Below the pieces are notes generated by a model. That model was not told the DNA's origin. It was given only the letters and a program-made list of their open reading frames with translations, and searched no databases. Below are positions 19,803 through 29,115 of a stretch of 64,000 bases of DNA, piece by piece. Origin of the DNA: an uncultured bacterium (GTDB lineage: Bacteria > Patescibacteriota > Microgenomatia > Levybacterales > UBA12049); NCBI GenBank assembly GCA_963826535.1, contig CAWGXL010000011.1, positions 128,809-192,808 on the forward strand, read 5' to 3'. The position numbers and the translations under genes are program-made. Position 1 is the first letter of the stretch. Each line of letters starts with the position of its first letter.

Positions 19803-20696
19803 ATGTCCGGAGAAAATACTGAACAAAGTGACGGACCAGAAAAATTACAGATGAATAGACATGAAGGACATATTCAAGTTTCGGGTGGAAAAGTCTGGTA
19901 TGAAAGAATCGGCGAGCAAAAAGGCATTCCTCTTCTAATCGTTCATGGAGGCCCAGGGTATCCGCATGATTATCTAAAGCCGTTAGAAAAACTTGCAAGT
20001 AATCGCGAAGTTATTTTTTACGATCAACTTGGTTGCGGTAATTCAGATAAGCCAACAGATAAATCACTTTGGACTCTTGAGCGGTTTGTAACTGAAACTC
20101 AAGAGGTTATCAAGGGTCTTGAACTAAAAGACTATGATGTTCTAGGCCATTCATGGGGCGCAGGCTTAGGAGCCGAGGTTGCTCTTAACAATCCGCAAGG
20201 ATTAAGGCGTCTAATTCTTGCTGATCCATATCTCAGTAATCCCTTAATGGAAAAAGACCTAAAAAAACTTCGCGGACAACTACCGCAAGATATGCAAACG
20301 GCTCTTAAAACAGACAGTCCTGAATCAGATGCTTATAAGTTAGCCTTGAACGAATTTTACAAACGGTATTTCTGGGGACAGGACAATATTCCATCATATG
20401 CACTAGACGCAGATCGGAAATTCAACAGGGAAATATTTAATCAAATGGTGGGCCCCGATGAATTTAATGCCAGCGGCAATCTTAAAAACTTTGACTTAAC
20501 CAAGAGACTGCGGGAAATAAATATTCCTGTTCTTTTCCAATGCGGCCGATTTGATGAAGCGACGCCGGAAACTACTTCATATTTTCAAAGTTTGATTCCA
20601 AATGCCCAAATAGAAATTTTCGAACAAAGCGCGCACAACCCCCACGTGACCGAAACTGAGAAATACCTGCGAACTGTTGAAATCTTTTTACGATGA
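19803..20696 (+). CDS. proline iminopeptidase family alpha/beta hydrolase
   Basis: HGGPG, YDQLGCG, GHSWG, GRFDE, SAH. Confidence 0.9.
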   Translation: MSGENTEQSDGPEKLQMNRHEGHIQVSGGKVWYERIGEQKGIPLLIVHGGPGYPHDYLKPLEKLASNREVIFYDQLGCGNSDKPTDKSLWTLERFVTETQEVIKGLELKDYDVLGHSWGAGLGAEVALNNPQGLRRLILADPYLSNPLMEKDLKKLRGQLPQDMQTALKTDSPESDAYKLALNEFYKRYFWGQDNIPSYALDADRKFNREIFNQMVGPDEFNASGNLKNFDLTKRLREINIPVLFQCGRFDEATPETTSYFQSLIPNAQIEIFEQSAHNPHVTETEKYLRTVEIFLR

Positions 20697-21031
20697 AATA
20701 ATCCTTGTATATTAGCAGTCGATTTTGTAATAGCCAAACCGATTTTAATGCTGGATTGGTATTGACATATCTTCCAATCTCTGGGAAGCTTAGAGTAGTG
20801 AATAATCCAGATATAACGCCGGTGAATAAAAAGCAGGAAAGAGTAGATGAGCTTGATGTCATCGGTGGAGTATTTGTAACTTTGCTCCGGAATACTATCA
20901 ATCGAATAAAACAACGTTTTCAACCACGTAAACAAGAATAAGTTTTGAGTGAAGTATAAATTTATTCGACCGCATGAGTAACCCTTGGTTTGAATAAGCA
21001 AAGGATGAAGCAAAATAAGCTAAAACTTCAG

Positions 21032-21088
21032 ACCTGCGCCTGACATTTGTACGGTCAAGTAGTCGACGGTGGATTGTTGGGTCGCTAT
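21032..21088 (-). pseudogene. 5' remnant of a second tfoX-like gene
   Basis: translates IATQQSTVDYLTVQMSGAG versus MATKQSTVDYLTEQMSGAG at 24812; start is ATA and a stop follows soon after. Confidence 0.8.
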
Positions 21089-21166
21089 ATATTTATTGTA
21101 ACATTCTTGATTCTTACAGAATTATGATTTACTTTGTTTAATTTTTTGCTATAATAAATTTTAGAT

Positions 21167-21550
21167 ATGTTCAAAGCTTCTAAGGCGTTCAGTAGTTTTT
21201 CAACAAATGACCTTTCAAAGTCTAAGGAATTTTATGGCAAGATCCTTGGTCTAAAGGTCGTAGAATTCAAAGCAATGGGTATTTTGAACTTAAGCCTAGC
21301 CGGAGGAGGAAAAGTGATGATTTATCCGAAGGACAATCATATCCCGGCGAGCTTTACGGTTCTTAACTTTCCTGTTAATAATATCGTTCAAGCAGTGGAC
21401 GCATTGACAAAGAAAGGTGTGAAATTTGAACAGTATACGGGCGAGATTAAAACCGATAAAAAGGGGATATCTCGAGGCGAAGGAGTAAGTATGGCTTGGT
21501 TTAAAGACCCGGCAGGAAATATACTCTCTGTACTAGAAGAAAAGGAATAA
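21167..21550 (+). CDS. VOC/glyoxalase family protein
   Basis: [28 protein letters not shown]. Confidence 0.9.
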   Translation: MFKASKAFSSFSTNDLSKSKEFYGKILGLKVVEFKAMGILNLSLAGGGKVMIYPKDNHIPASFTVLNFPVNNIVQAVDALTKKGVKFEQYTGEIKTDKKGISRGEGVSMAWFKDPAGNILSVLEEKE

Positions 21551-21592
21551 CCGTTCCTTCCTACCTTCAATCCGCACTTATTGCATACCCTC

Positions 21593-21623
21593 TTGACACT
21601 AACGTTACGTCATAGTTTATAAT
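21593..21623 (+). promoter_or_regulatory. MerR-type promoter/operator with 19-bp spacer
   Basis: TTGACA (21593-21598), 19 bp with CTAACGTTACGTCATAG dyad, TATAAT (21618-21623); ATG 6 nt later. Confidence 0.85.
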
Positions 21624-21629
21624 CCTCTT

Positions 21630-22388
21630 ATGACTTACACAGTGAATCAACTCGCAAAGCTTGCCGGAATCAGCGTCCGGACACTACATTATTATGATGA
21701 GATCGGACTTCTTAAACCGTCGTTTGCCAAAGCTAACGGTTATCGTTGTTATGGAGAGAAACAACTCGTAAAGTTACAGCAAATTCTTTTCTTCAGAGAA
21801 TTAGAATTCCCGCTCGAAAAGATTAAGCAAATTATGCAGTCCCCCCGTTTTGATTCGGTTGCGGCTCTTGCAGATCAGCAGAAACTTCTAGAGCTTAAGC
21901 AGAAAAAAATTGAAAGATTAATTAAAACAATTACTAAAACAATTCAGTCATTGAAAGGAGGTGGGTATATGAACAACGATGATAAATATTCCGCATTTAA
22001 TGATCCAACGTATCAAAAATACAAAGAGGAAGTGGAACAGCGGTGGGGGAACACTGAGGCATATAAGCAATCAATAGAAAGAGTCGGGAAAATGTCCAAA
22101 GTTGAACTTGATCGGGTCAAAGCTGAAGCTGAAGAAATTACACAATCTACAGCTACACTGCAGATCCAAGGATTTTCTCCGACCAGTCCTGAAGTACAGA
22201 AACAGATAAACCGTTTTTACCGTCATCTCCATAACTTCTATGATCCCAGTTATGAAATGTTCAAAGGGCTTGGACAAATGTATGTGGATGACCCACGGTT
22301 TACAGCAGTATATGAGAAACATGCAAAGGGATTTGCTAAGTATATGCGTGATGCGATGGCTTTTTATGCAGATGAGCATGATAAATAA
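21630..22388 (+). CDS. MerR-family regulator, TipA/Mta type (HTH + TipAS)
   Basis: SVRTLHYYDEIGLL, NGYRCY; EVEQRWG, GLGQMYVDDPRF. Confidence 0.92.
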   Translation: MTYTVNQLAKLAGISVRTLHYYDEIGLLKPSFAKANGYRCYGEKQLVKLQQILFFRELEFPLEKIKQIMQSPRFDSVAALADQQKLLELKQKKIERLIKTITKTIQSLKGGGYMNNDDKYSAFNDPTYQKYKEEVEQRWGNTEAYKQSIERVGKMSKVELDRVKAEAEEITQSTATLQIQGFSPTSPEVQKQINRFYRHLHNFYDPSYEMFKGLGQMYVDDPRFTAVYEKHAKGFAKYMRDAMAFYADEHDK

Positions 22389-22418
22389 GAGACGTGGATG
22401 TGTCAATTGAAGGAGAAA

Positions 22419-23177
22419 TCAAGGTATTCTGCGTTTTGCAATAAAAATCATTTCAGGACTTTCGGCACTTTTAGGCTTGCTGTCCCAGTCTCCATAAATG
22501 TTTTCTACCGAGAAACCTACATCTGTTAATGATTTAATGAGTTCTTTCTGAGTCCAAAACCTCAACTCATTCGTTGACACTATTACTTCTCCAGATTTTG
22601 TGAAAAGATAGTGAATATCGTAACGTACCTTCTCGCCATTAGTATCTAAGAATTTAACCCACCATTCAACTTGTCCTGCTTTCGGATCGTTAAGTTTTTG
22701 GTGCGATTCCTCAGTCGGCCATGTAGCAAATGGTAAAATGAGAGGGTTTCGGCTTTCAAAGGCAATATGACCACCGGGCTTTAGCGCTTTATGGAAAACC
22801 TTGAGCGTTTCTAGCCAATTTTCATCTTCAAGGAAGAACTGAGCTACATGACCAGTCATAATCACAAGGTCAGCTTGTATGTTACCCAGCTGCTGTGTAC
22901 CTCCCTCTATCCATAGCACGTGTTTGCCATCACATCTTTGCCTTGCAAGCTCAAGCATTCGTCCTGATGGATCAACACCAATCATGTGATGACCTTTTTT
23001 GGCCAATGCGCAAGTTAGTAGACCAGAGCCGCAACCGAAATCAATAATTGATGATGCCACTAGTTTTGTTGCAAGTTCTAAATAGAACCCTTCATAGCTT
23101 GCGATTGGATTTATTGTGTCATAGATTGCGACAAGACGTGGATCTGAGAACTCACTGTAGGTTGGTTTTTTATTCAT
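22419..23177 (-). CDS. class I SAM-dependent methyltransferase
   Basis: IIDFGCGSG, GVDPS, LKPGG. Confidence 0.88.
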   Translation of the reverse strand: MNKKPTYSEFSDPRLVAIYDTINPIASYEGFYLELATKLVASSIIDFGCGSGLLTCALAKKGHHMIGVDPSGRMLELARQRCDGKHVLWIEGGTQQLGNIQADLVIMTGHVAQFFLEDENWLETLKVFHKALKPGGHIAFESRNPLILPFATWPTEESHQKLNDPKAGQVEWWVKFLDTNGEKVRYDIHYLFTKSGEVIVSTNELRFWTQKELIKSLTDVGFSVENIYGDWDSKPKSAESPEMIFIAKRRIP

Positions 23178-23265
23178 AGTGCATAACCCTATTGTATCAA
23201 AGTAAAATTTCCAAATTGTAATTTTTTAATTTCCTCACATGGTCTCACCTGGTATACTTTTGATA

Positions 23266-23982
23266 ATGAGATATCTGCTTATTCTTTTTATCTTATTCGG
23301 AGTTGTAGGATTTATATATAATTCTTATATGAATAATCATTTGAAAACGAATACGCATAAATATAGATATTTTGTTGTTGGAGATTCATATAGTATTGGA
23401 GAAGGTGCGACAAAAGAAGAATCATGGCCGAGTTTGTTAACAAAACATTTACAGGATAGTGGTGTAGATATTGAATTAATTGCAAACCCATCGGTAACGG
23501 GTTGGACAACGCAACAGGCAATTGATAATGAATTACCACTTTACGAATCTTCCGAAGTTACATTTGCCTCGCTTCAAATTGGCGTAAATGACTGGGCGCA
23601 GGGAGTAGATAAGGACACATTCCACAAGAATTTAGTAATACTTCTTGATAGAATGCAAAAAAAGTTACCCGAGAAAAATCTTCTCCTACTGGTAACTATT
23701 CCTGATTTTGGTGTTACACCTACAGGTGAACTCTTTGGTAATGGAGTTGATGTTTCAAAAGGTATTGAGGAATTTAATCAAATTATAAAAGATGAAGCTA
23801 AGACGCGGCAACTTCCTATTGTTGATATTTATCCCGTGTCTAGACAAATGCAAAATAATCCGGATTTAGTTGCTCAGGATGGACTGCACCCATCTGCAAA
23901 AGAATACAAAATATGGGAAAGTTTGATTTATCCGGTTGCGTACAAATTATTAAGTGACGATCAACAAGCTGTTAAGAAGTAA
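23266..23982 (+). CDS. SGNH/GDSL hydrolase with N-terminal anchor
   Basis: GDSYS, IGVND, DGLHPS. Confidence 0.9.
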   Translation: MRYLLILFILFGVVGFIYNSYMNNHLKTNTHKYRYFVVGDSYSIGEGATKEESWPSLLTKHLQDSGVDIELIANPSVTGWTTQQAIDNELPLYESSEVTFASLQIGVNDWAQGVDKDTFHKNLVILLDRMQKKLPEKNLLLLVTIPDFGVTPTGELFGNGVDVSKGIEEFNQIIKDEAKTRQLPIVDIYPVSRQMQNNPDLVAQDGLHPSAKEYKIWESLIYPVAYKLLSDDQQAVKK

Positions 23983-24023
23983 TGAGTGTAAAGCAACTCC
24001 AACCTTTGATATAATTTTAACTA

Positions 24024-24461
24024 ATGAGTGATTACGACCCAAATTATATTCCTCATAAAACATATGCATTAATTGGTCAAAAAGCTGTTATTCTGAATAA
24101 CCAAAAACAGATATTGGTTTTGCAACGGTCAGATAAATCAGGGGCAGGCGGCAAATGGTCGCTGGCCGGCGGGGCGTTGGAGGATAAAGAAGAACCGTAT
24201 AGTGCAATTAAAAGAGAGATTAAAGAAGAAACCCATCTGGAAGTATCTGAATTGAAACCTTATTATTTACGAACGTATACGACTAAAGATAATGATTTTG
24301 TTTTAATTGTAGCTTATCGTTGTAATACGAACTCGGAAAAGGTAGTTTTAAACTGGGAACATGATAATTATAAATGGTGTACAAGAGATGAAGCGTTGCA
24401 ATTAGAACTTACTGAGGACGGTAGATTTTTTATAGAACATTTTGATAATAATAGCTTCTGA
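24024..24461 (+). CDS. NUDIX hydrolase
   Basis: GGALEDKE...AIKREIKEET Nudix box. Confidence 0.9.
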   Translation: MSDYDPNYIPHKTYALIGQKAVILNNQKQILVLQRSDKSGAGGKWSLAGGALEDKEEPYSAIKREIKEETHLEVSELKPYYLRTYTTKDNDFVLIVAYRCNTNSEKVVLNWEHDNYKWCTRDEALQLELTEDGRFFIEHFDNNSF

Positions 24462-24491
24462 GCCGAACTAACCGGAGGGTTTTTATCATTT

Positions 24492-24812
24492 CTACTTTTT
24501 CGGTTTTGGTAGTGGGAGTTCTGCGGCGGTTTTGGCGATAAGTTGTGAAAGCAGGTCTCGGTCTTCCCAATAATCACCACTGATATAAAAATAGGGTTTG
24601 GCTCCAGGATAAGGCGGAGTTTCTTCTACGGAGCCGATTATATCTCTACCGGCTTTGGTTGGTTTGACGAAAAGCATCTCATCACAAACCAGAGCGACAA
24701 CTTTGTCATTGCAATAGATTGCGTATTCGCCAAACATCTTCCGAGATCTGATAACTCCTGCTCCTGACATCTGTTCGGTCAAATAATCGACCGTGGATTG
24801 TTTGGTTGCCAT
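24492..24812 (-). CDS. TfoX N-terminal domain protein
   Basis: RKMFGEYAIY, LFVKPT, PPYPGAKP. Confidence 0.88.
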   Translation of the reverse strand: MATKQSTVDYLTEQMSGAGVIRSRKMFGEYAIYCNDKVVALVCDEMLFVKPTKAGRDIIGSVEETPPYPGAKPYFYISGDYWEDRDLLSQLIAKTAAELPLPKPKK

Positions 24813-24989
24813 ATTTTTAGTGTAACATAAACGATTTCTTCGATTTTTTTCGGAATTCATAATCTATGATATATTTTGTCCTACTTGACCTCGAATAGTT
24901 TTCTGACTATTATTTAATTATCCTAAAGTCTATTATAAATCTACTTTTTTAGGTTTAGGAGAATATTTGGGAGGGGGTGAGTTTCAGAA

Positions 24990-25229
24990 ATGAATAAGAG
25001 TACTACAATTAAGTCCTCACATGTGAGATTCGGCAAAAGAACGTACTTTTTTGATGTGAATGTTACTTCGAAAGATATAAAGTATCTCAAGATAACAGAA
25101 TCAAAATTTGTTGAAGAAGGAAAACCTAGAATATACAATTCCTTCATTCTTTTTCCGGAAAACGTGGCAGACTTCCAGAAAAATCTTTCCGAGATTGTCC
25201 AGCATCTGGAGTTATCCAAAAATATCTAG
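24990..25229 (+). CDS. PUR-repeat / DUF3276 ssDNA/RNA-binding protein
   Basis: GKRTYFFDV, YLKITES; upstream GGAGGGGGTGA SD. Confidence 0.85.
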   Translation: MNKSTTIKSSHVRFGKRTYFFDVNVTSKDIKYLKITESKFVEEGKPRIYNSFILFPENVADFQKNLSEIVQHLELSKNI

Positions 25230-25300
25230 GGATTAGGATTGTTCTTTAGACACGTACCGGAACGACTCGTGCTTAATGCAAGGAGGTGTAAAGGGTAAAT

Positions 25301-28300
25301 TTAAATAGCGGGTGGGGTCTCTGCTGGTTGTTCTGTTGGTTGTATAATTTCGGCTTCTTTTACTTCTTCCGTATCGTATCCGGCCACAGGGATTAAACGG
25401 CCGATAATAACGTTTTCTTTTAAACCCAAGAGTTTGTCTTCCCGTCCTTCGAGAGCTGCTTCGGTGAGTACACGGGTAGTTTCTTGGAAGGATGCGGCTG
25501 ATAGCCATGAGTCAGAGAATAGCGCGGATTTGGTAATCCCAAGAATTACTTGTCGTCCGGTTGCCGGCTCTCCACCTTCGGAGAGTACTTCAGCATTTAT
25601 TTCTTCAAATTTAGCCTTGGTAATAAAGTCTCCAGGAATTAGTGATGTATCGCCGACCATCTCGACAATTATCTTATCCGACATCTTACGAATAATGACT
25701 TCAAAGTGCTTGTCATTAATACCGATTCCCTGAGACTCATAAACTTTTTGGACTTGGGTAATTAGATAACGCTGGACCATAAGCAATCCACTGATCTTGA
25801 GTATTTCTTTTGGATCAAGATTACCTTCAGCTAGCGGTGTGCCGGCTGTTATCTCATCTCCGTCTGAAACTGCAAGTGACGCCGATAGCGGAACGAAGTA
25901 TTCTTGGGATTCAGGCGGCTTAATTAGAGTATTTCTGACTTGAATGCGATGGCCTTCGTTCGATGTTTCAATTTTTACTTTGCCTGTGACTTCAGAAATG
26001 CTGGCTAGATTTTTGGGGGTGCGCATTTCAAAAAGCTCCTCAACGCGAGGTAAACCCTGGGTCACGTCAGACATAACTATACCACCATAGTGCTTGACCT
26101 TCATTGTCAACTGTGTTCCTGGCTCTCCAATACTTTGCGCAGCCATAACTCCGACAGGGACACCAAGCTCTACTTTGTGTTTGGTCGATAAATCCCAACC
26201 ATAACAATTAGCGCATAATCCGTAGGCAAGTTTACAAACCAAAGGTGAACGAACAATAACTTCTTCAATTTCGTTTTCTTCTAAAACGACCGCATTTTCT
26301 TCATTTATTTCATCCCCTGCTTTGAGTAAGGTTTTTTTGGTTTTCTTATGATTAACATTGCTTGCTAGAATTCTACCAACTACGCGATCCGCGAGTTTGC
26401 TTGTGCGGTCTTTATCATCCTGACGCACAGTCAATCCCTCAGTTGCACCACAATCGTCAAGTCTAATAATAACTTCATGCGCGACATCAACGAGTCTTCG
26501 AGTGAGATATCCGGCATTTGCAGTCTTAAGAGCCGAATCTGTTAATCCTTTTCTTGAACCACGAGCGGACGCGACATATTCAAATATTGATAATCCTTCC
26601 CGGAAATTTGATTTAATCGGGAGTTCGACAATTTTACCAAGCGGATCAACTATTAATCCACGGATCGCCGAGAGCTGTTTGAGCTGTTCGACACCGGCTC
26701 TGGTTCCTCCTGAATCTATGCTAATTTTGATTGGATTGGAGGATTTTACACTATCCCATGTCAAGCTGGCAATTTCATCCGTTGTCCTAAGCCAGACATC
26801 ATTGGAAAGTCTTTTCTTTTCATTAAGTGTAATCAGCCCTTGCTGGTATTCATCGTCTATTATGGCTACTTTTTTCTCAGCATTCTTCACTAATTCAGCT
26901 TTTTCAGGAATGATTTCATTGTCAAAAACAGAAACGCTGATACCTGAAATTGTCGCCGCAAAGAAACCAAGATTTTTAATCTTATCAATCAATTCTGCGA
27001 CTTGTTCCGATGGGTACATCTTCATGGCCTTGGTGGTTATGCGTTTTATCCTTGATGCATTAATACCTTCGTTAATAAATCCGAAGTCTGAGGGAAGTAA
27101 TTCATTGAACTTCAGTCTGCCGATCGTGGTTTCAATAATTTTTGCCTCTCCATTGGAACCTAAACGGACTTTGATCGGCTCACGTAATTGAACTTTGCCT
27201 AGATCATAAGCAAGTAGGCTATTATTTGTATTGCTAAAGATAGGTTGTTTATTTTCCTCTTTGCGAGCTTGTTCATCAAGACTCGTCATATAATAGATAC
27301 CTAGAGCCATTTCTTTGTTTGGAAGTGTAATCGGATCTCCGTTGGCAGGCTTAAGCAGGTTGTGGGAAGGCATCATGAGATTTATAGCTTCTTCCTGGGC
27401 TTTTCTAGACAATGGGATATGAACAGCCATTTGATCTCCGTCAAAGTCCGCATTGTAACCTGCACAAACACAAGGATGAAGTTGAATCGCTGAGCCTTCT
27501 ATTAAAACCGGGAAGAACGCCTGAATGCCCAACTTATGCAAGGTTGGTGCCCGATTAAGAAGAACAGGATGTTCCTTCGTGATTTCTTCCAGTATATCGA
27601 ATACTTCCGGCGGGCGTTTTTTTATGTAGCGTTTAGCTGATTTAATGTTTGTCGCAAGACCCCGTACGATGACTTCCCTAAGAATAAAAGGCTTGAACAT
27701 CTCGAGCGCCATTTCCTTGGGTAATCCGCATTGAGAAAGCTTGAGTTCCGGACCTACAACGATAACTGAACGACCAGAATAATCTACTCGCTTTCCAAGA
27801 AGATTTTGACGGAACCGTCCCTGCTTACCACGCAACATATCGGATAACGAACGCAGCATGGTTGCCGTGGTCTGGTTGCTTCTTTGTGAAGAATCTATTA
27901 GGGAATCAACTGATTCCTGTAACATTCTTTTTTCATTACGGAGAATAATTTCCGGAGCGCCGAGCGCCAGTAGATGTTTCAATCTGTTATTTCGATTAAT
28001 TACTCTTCTATATAAGTCGTTCAGATCCGAAGTCGCAAATCGTCCACCGGATAGCTGTACCATGGGTCGAAGGTCTGAAGGAATAACGGGAAGAACAGTC
28101 AACACCATGGCTGAAGGGTTTACACCGGTTTTGCGCAATGATTCAATAAGCCTGAGCCGTTTTACAATCTTTAAATACCGCTGGCCGCCGGCTTTTTCAG
28201 CATCAGTCCGAAGACTCGCAATAAGTGTCGACAAATCAAGGCTGGTGATTATTTCGAGCAGAGCCTCTGAACCGGTTTTGATTGTAAAAAAGATTGGAAT

Positions 28301-29101
28301 ATCATATTCCAGGAGTTTGAAATATTCGTCTTCAGATAAAACGCTCCCGGCTCTCAGGCTTTTTAGTAATTTTGTAAATGTTTCTGATATCTCATCAATT
28401 TTTTGGGATTCCGAATCGATCGTGTCACCGGTATGCATTAATTTTTGTCTTTTTGTCAGCTCTACTTCCTCATGAATCAATTGTTTTTGAACCCCTGCGA
28501 CTTTGGTGGATTTTAATTCTTTTTTCTTCCCCTCTGCTTCTTTATTGATCCGTTCTTCTTCTGCCTGTTTCTTTTTTTGTAAGATATCTTTTCTTTTCAT
28601 TATGCTTGCAGTAAATAGCTCAAGGGCATCCTTCTTTTTATCTTCGTCAATTTTTGTGATTAAATAGGATGAATAATAAATGATTGATTCGAGATTTTTT
28701 TGAGGAATATCCAGCAATAGCGACATTGTTGAAGACGCCCCTTTAAAATACCAAACATGCGCAACCGGAGATGCAAGCGTTATATGCCCAAGTCGCTCGC
28801 GTCTAACGCGGGAAAGTGTTACTTCGACACCACATTTATCGCATATTATACCTCTGTATCTGATTCTTTTGTATTTGCCGCAGTAACATTCCCAATCTTT
28901 GGTGGGTCCAAAAATTCTTTCATCAAATAAGCCGTCTTTTTCCGGACGAAGTGTGCGGTAATTTATTGTTTCAGGCTTGGTGACTTCTCCATATGACCAC
29001 AGGAGAACATCCTCGCTTTTGGCTAATAAAAGCTTTAGCGACTTGAAGTCGGAAATATTGAGATCCTTAGTTAAATTTTTATTAAAGTTTCTATTATTCA
29101 T
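25301..29101 (-). CDS. rpoC: RNA polymerase beta' subunit
   Basis: NADFDGD, KPETINYRT, GKRVDYSGR, AQSIGEPGTQL. Confidence 0.99.
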   Translation of the reverse strand: MNNRNFNKNLTKDLNISDFKSLKLLLAKSEDVLLWSYGEVTKPETINYRTLRPEKDGLFDERIFGPTKDWECYCGKYKRIRYRGIICDKCGVEVTLSRVRRERLGHITLASPVAHVWYFKGASSTMSLLLDIPQKNLESIIYYSSYLITKIDEDKKKDALELFTASIMKRKDILQKKKQAEEERINKEAEGKKKELKSTKVAGVQKQLIHEEVELTKRQKLMHTGDTIDSESQKIDEISETFTKLLKSLRAGSVLSEDEYFKLLEYDIPIFFTIKTGSEALLEIITSLDLSTLIASLRTDAEKAGGQRYLKIVKRLRLIESLRKTGVNPSAMVLTVLPVIPSDLRPMVQLSGGRFATSDLNDLYRRVINRNNRLKHLLALGAPEIILRNEKRMLQESVDSLIDSSQRSNQTTATMLRSLSDMLRGKQGRFRQNLLGKRVDYSGRSVIVVGPELKLSQCGLPKEMALEMFKPFILREVIVRGLATNIKSAKRYIKKRPPEVFDILEEITKEHPVLLNRAPTLHKLGIQAFFPVLIEGSAIQLHPCVCAGYNADFDGDQMAVHIPLSRKAQEEAINLMMPSHNLLKPANGDPITLPNKEMALGIYYMTSLDEQARKEENKQPIFSNTNNSLLAYDLGKVQLREPIKVRLGSNGEAKIIETTIGRLKFNELLPSDFGFINEGINASRIKRITTKAMKMYPSEQVAELIDKIKNLGFFAATISGISVSVFDNEIIPEKAELVKNAEKKVAIIDDEYQQGLITLNEKKRLSNDVWLRTTDEIASLTWDSVKSSNPIKISIDSGGTRAGVEQLKQLSAIRGLIVDPLGKIVELPIKSNFREGLSIFEYVASARGSRKGLTDSALKTANAGYLTRRLVDVAHEVIIRLDDCGATEGLTVRQDDKDRTSKLADRVVGRILASNVNHKKTKKTLLKAGDEINEENAVVLEENEIEEVIVRSPLVCKLAYGLCANCYGWDLSTKHKVELGVPVGVMAAQSIGEPGTQLTMKVKHYGGIVMSDVTQGLPRVEELFEMRTPKNLASISEVTGKVKIETSNEGHRIQVRNTLIKPPESQEYFVPLSASLAVSDGDEITAGTPLAEGNLDPKEILKISGLLMVQRYLITQVQKVYESQGIGINDKHFEVIIRKMSDKIIVEMVGDTSLIPGDFITKAKFEEINAEVLSEGGEPATGRQVILGITKSALFSDSWLSAASFQETTRVLTEAALEGREDKLLGLKENVIIGRLIPVAGYDTEEVKEAEIIQPTEQPAETPPAI

Positions 29102-29115
29102 TAAACTGTTTCTCC

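Noticed and set aside
20572-21013. Short overlapping ORFs after the iminopeptidase
   Set aside because: No motif or clear start; possibly a decayed gene but not supportable
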